From: Acetobacteraceae bacterium | GTDB taxonomy: Bacteria > Pseudomonadota > Alphaproteobacteria > Acetobacterales > Acetobacteraceae | Assembly (NCBI GenBank): GCA_035252035.1 | Contig: DATFDN010000076.1 | Coordinates: 1 to 43,362, forward strand | Reading direction: 5' to 3' | Length of the DNA stretch: 43,362 bases | In this document: positions 41,610 to 43,362 of the stretch, in pieces | Numbering within the stretch: position 1 is the stretch's first letter | How the letters are laid out: each line of letters begins with the position of its first letter | Program-made: the position numbers and the translations under genes | Notes under the pieces: model-generated | Seen by the model: the letters and a program-made list of their open reading frames with translations, nothing else | Told to the model about the DNA's origin: nothing | The model's database searches: none

Positions 41610-42623
41610 ATGACCAGTTCCCTCGACATTCATCGCAGCCTGCTCGCCATCGACACGCATATAGACATCCCCTGGCCCGACGGCCCGGACCCATTTGACG
41701 AGACACGCCGTAGGGTCGATCTGCCCAAGATGCTGCGCGGGGGCATCGCCGCAGGGTGCTTCGCCGCCTACGTGCCGCAGGCGCCCCGCACGGCCGAGAA
41801 CGAACAGGCGGCCTACGCGCGTGTCCTGGCGATGCTGGAGACGATCCAGGCCATGGCGCGCTCCGAGCGCGGCCTGACGATGGTACTGGCCACCACCGCC
41901 GATGCGATCGAGGCGGCTTGGCGCGATGGGGTGGTGGGCATCATGCCGGCGGTGGAGAACGGCTTCGCGATGGGCACCGACCTATCCCGCTTGGCGCGCT
42001 TCCGGGCGTTCGGCGCCCGCTACCTGACGCTCACCCACAACGGCCACAACGCGCTGGCCGACTCCGCGCAGGCGCGCGCCGATTTCGGCGACGCCGAGGC
42101 CGAGCATGGCGGGCTCTCGGCGTTGGGGCGCGCGGCTATCGCCGAGCTGAACCGGCTGGGTATGCTGGTCGATGTCGCGCATGTCTCCCGCGCCGCCATG
42201 ATGCAGGCCGCCGCGTGCTCGCGGACCCCGATCGTCTCCACCCATTCCTGCATCCGCGCCCTGTGCGACCACCCCCGCAACCTTGATGACGAGCAGCTCG
42301 ACGTGCTCCGCGACGTGGGCGGGGTGGTGCAGGTCACGGCGGTTTCCGCGTTCATCAAGGCCGGCGCGAAGCCGGACCAGGTGGGGGTGGCCGACTTCGT
42401 GGATCATATCGACTACGCGGTGCGCCGGATCGGCGTGGAGCATGTCGGGATCTCCTCGGATTTCGACGGCGGCGGCGGGTTCGCCGGATGGCACGACGCC
42501 GGCGAGAGCCCGAACCTGACCGCCGAGCTGCTCCGGCGCGGCTATGGGCGGCGTGAGCTTTCGCTGCTATGGGGCGGCAACTTCCTGCGCGTGCTGCGCC
42601 GGGCGGAGGGGCTTGCCGCATGA
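41610..42623 (+). CDS. membrane-dipeptidase-family (M19) zinc dipeptidase
   Basis: From the ATG at 41610: '[10 protein letters not shown]', '[12 protein letters not shown]', '[10 protein letters not shown]', '[10 protein letters not shown]', 'PIVSTHS' and 'GISSDFDGG'. Confidence 0.9.
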   Translation: MTSSLDIHRSLLAIDTHIDIPWPDGPDPFDETRRRVDLPKMLRGGIAAGCFAAYVPQAPRTAENEQAAYARVLAMLETIQAMARSERGLTMVLATTADAIEAAWRDGVVGIMPAVENGFAMGTDLSRLARFRAFGARYLTLTHNGHNALADSAQARADFGDAEAEHGGLSALGRAAIAELNRLGMLVDVAHVSRAAMMQAAACSRTPIVSTHSCIRALCDHPRNLDDEQLDVLRDVGGVVQVTAVSAFIKAGAKPDQVGVADFVDHIDYAVRRIGVEHVGISSDFDGGGGFAGWHDAGESPNLTAELLRRGYGRRELSLLWGGNFLRVLRRAEGLAA

Positions 42624-43222
42624 GCCGCCAAGCGCGCCTGCCTGACGGCACCCTCGTTCCCGCGCTTGGCCAGGGAACATGGCATATGGGCGAGCGGAAG
42701 GGCGCCGCCCGGGCCGAGATCGCGGCCCTGCGGCTCGGCCTGGACCTCGGCTTGACGCTGATCGACACGGCCGAGATGTATGGCGAGGGCGGGGCCGAGA
42801 CGATCGTGGGCGAGGCGATCGCTGGGCGACGCGACGAGGTGTTCCTGGTCAGCAAGGTCTATCCGCACAACGCCTCGGCCAACGGCATCCCCGCTGCCTG
42901 CGCCCGCAGCCTCAAGCGGCTGCGCACCGATCGCCTTGATCTCTACCTGCTGCACTGGCGCGGGCGCTTCCCGCTGGCAGAGACGGTGGCGGCGTTCGAG
43001 GCGCTGCGCGCGGCGGGGCAGATCCGGTTCTGGGGCGTGTCGAACCTGGATGTCGAGGACATGGAAGAGCTTCAGGGTGTGCCGGGGGGCGGCACCTGCG
43101 CAGCGGACCAGGTGCTCTACCATCCGGGCGCGCGGGGGATCGAATTCGATCTGCTGCCCTGGTGCCGGGACCGGAACCTGCCGGTGATGGCCTATTCCCC
43201 ACTCGGGCAGGGCGGCCTGCTC
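42620..43222 (+). CDS. aldo/keto reductase, first 201 codons in native frame; beyond 43222 the frame runs into a +1-shifted repeat of the gene's own 5' part
   Basis: My own translation (this ORF is not in the track because it has no stop in the window): '[25 protein letters not shown]...[14 protein letters not shown]...VFLVSKV...LDLYLLHW...IRFWGVSN...[13 protein letters not shown]'. The AKR Asp/Tyr/Lys/His tetrad contexts are present. The ATG overlaps the dipeptidase stop (ATGA). Confidence 0.8.
42655..42794 (+). repeat. Copy 1 of a 140-bp (or longer) exact direct repeat (tandem duplication, period 568 bp)
   Basis: 42655-42794 matches 43223-43362 base for base when the two printed stretches are compared. 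Confidence 0.9.
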
Positions 43223-43362
43223 CGTTCCCGCGCTTGGCCAGGGAACATGGCATATGGGCGAGCGGAAGGGCGCCGCCCGGGCCGAGATCGCGGCCCTGCG
43301 GCTCGGCCTGGACCTCGGCTTGACGCTGATCGACACGGCCGAGATGTATGGCGAGGGCGGGG
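43223..43362 (+). repeat. Copy 2 of the direct repeat, truncated by the window end
   Basis: Identical to 42655-42794. In its own frame it re-encodes AKR residues 13-58 ('[22 protein letters not shown]...AEMYGEGG'). Confidence 0.9.

Noticed and set aside
43223-43362. Terminal repeat as a signature of a circular replicon or overlapping contig ends
   Set aside because: The partner copy lies 568 bp upstream, not at the start of the window. The gene content is chromosomal housekeeping.
1-43362. CRISPR arrays, rRNA genes, IS elements or transposases, integrases, recognisable phage-defence genes
   Set aside because: I saw no regularly spaced short direct repeats, no rRNA-like conserved stretches and no transposase, integrase or nuclease-helicase-type ORFs. 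The only mobile-type module is the vapBC pair.

Overview
High-GC chromosomal window that looks alphaproteobacterial. This is inferred from gene content only: ChpT-family phosphotransferase, DUF1127, DUF3553, and the S4-fdxA-carD neighbourhood. I support about 50 genes, tightly packed and often joined by 4-nt start/stop overlaps. In order: S4-domain protein, fdxA, carD/cdnL, a VOC protein, aat, an exported hypothetical, and an actinobacterial-type F420 module (fgd-cofE-cofD-cofC). Next come a DJ-1/PfpI protein and a three-gene cassette of a tiny peptide with a C-terminal sorting signal, an exosortase/archaeosortase-like polytopic protein and a membrane-anchored unknown. Then ahcY, gdh, a small conserved protein, RidA, a CHAP peptidase, DUF3553-moaA, and a ChpT-like His-phosphotransferase followed by cheA-cheW-cheB-cheR with no cheY or MCP. 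Then a hyuB-phd-vapC-hyuA operon, an MFS exporter, a split chrA pair, tRNA-Arg(CCG), prkA-yeaH-spoVR, a thioesterase, an MFS transporter, an SDR, DUF1127, aminopeptidase P, an orphan amino-acid-type binding protein, an RraA-family protein, a small hypothetical, a methyltransferase and an M19 dipeptidase. The last gene is an aldo/keto reductase whose frame is broken by a 568-bp-period tandem duplication running off the window end. No CRISPR array, rRNA, transposase or integrase was seen. The most unusual items are: (1) the exosortase-like cassette, whose predicted cargo is only about 10 residues; (2) the Che-like operon headed by a ChpT paralogue; (3) a toxin-antitoxin pair translationally coupled between the two hydantoinase subunit genes; (4) a GC-rich REP-like element sitting in frame inside hyuA; (5) the terminal tandem duplication. 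All functional calls rest on my reading of the translated ORFs and remembered family motifs. No database search was run.
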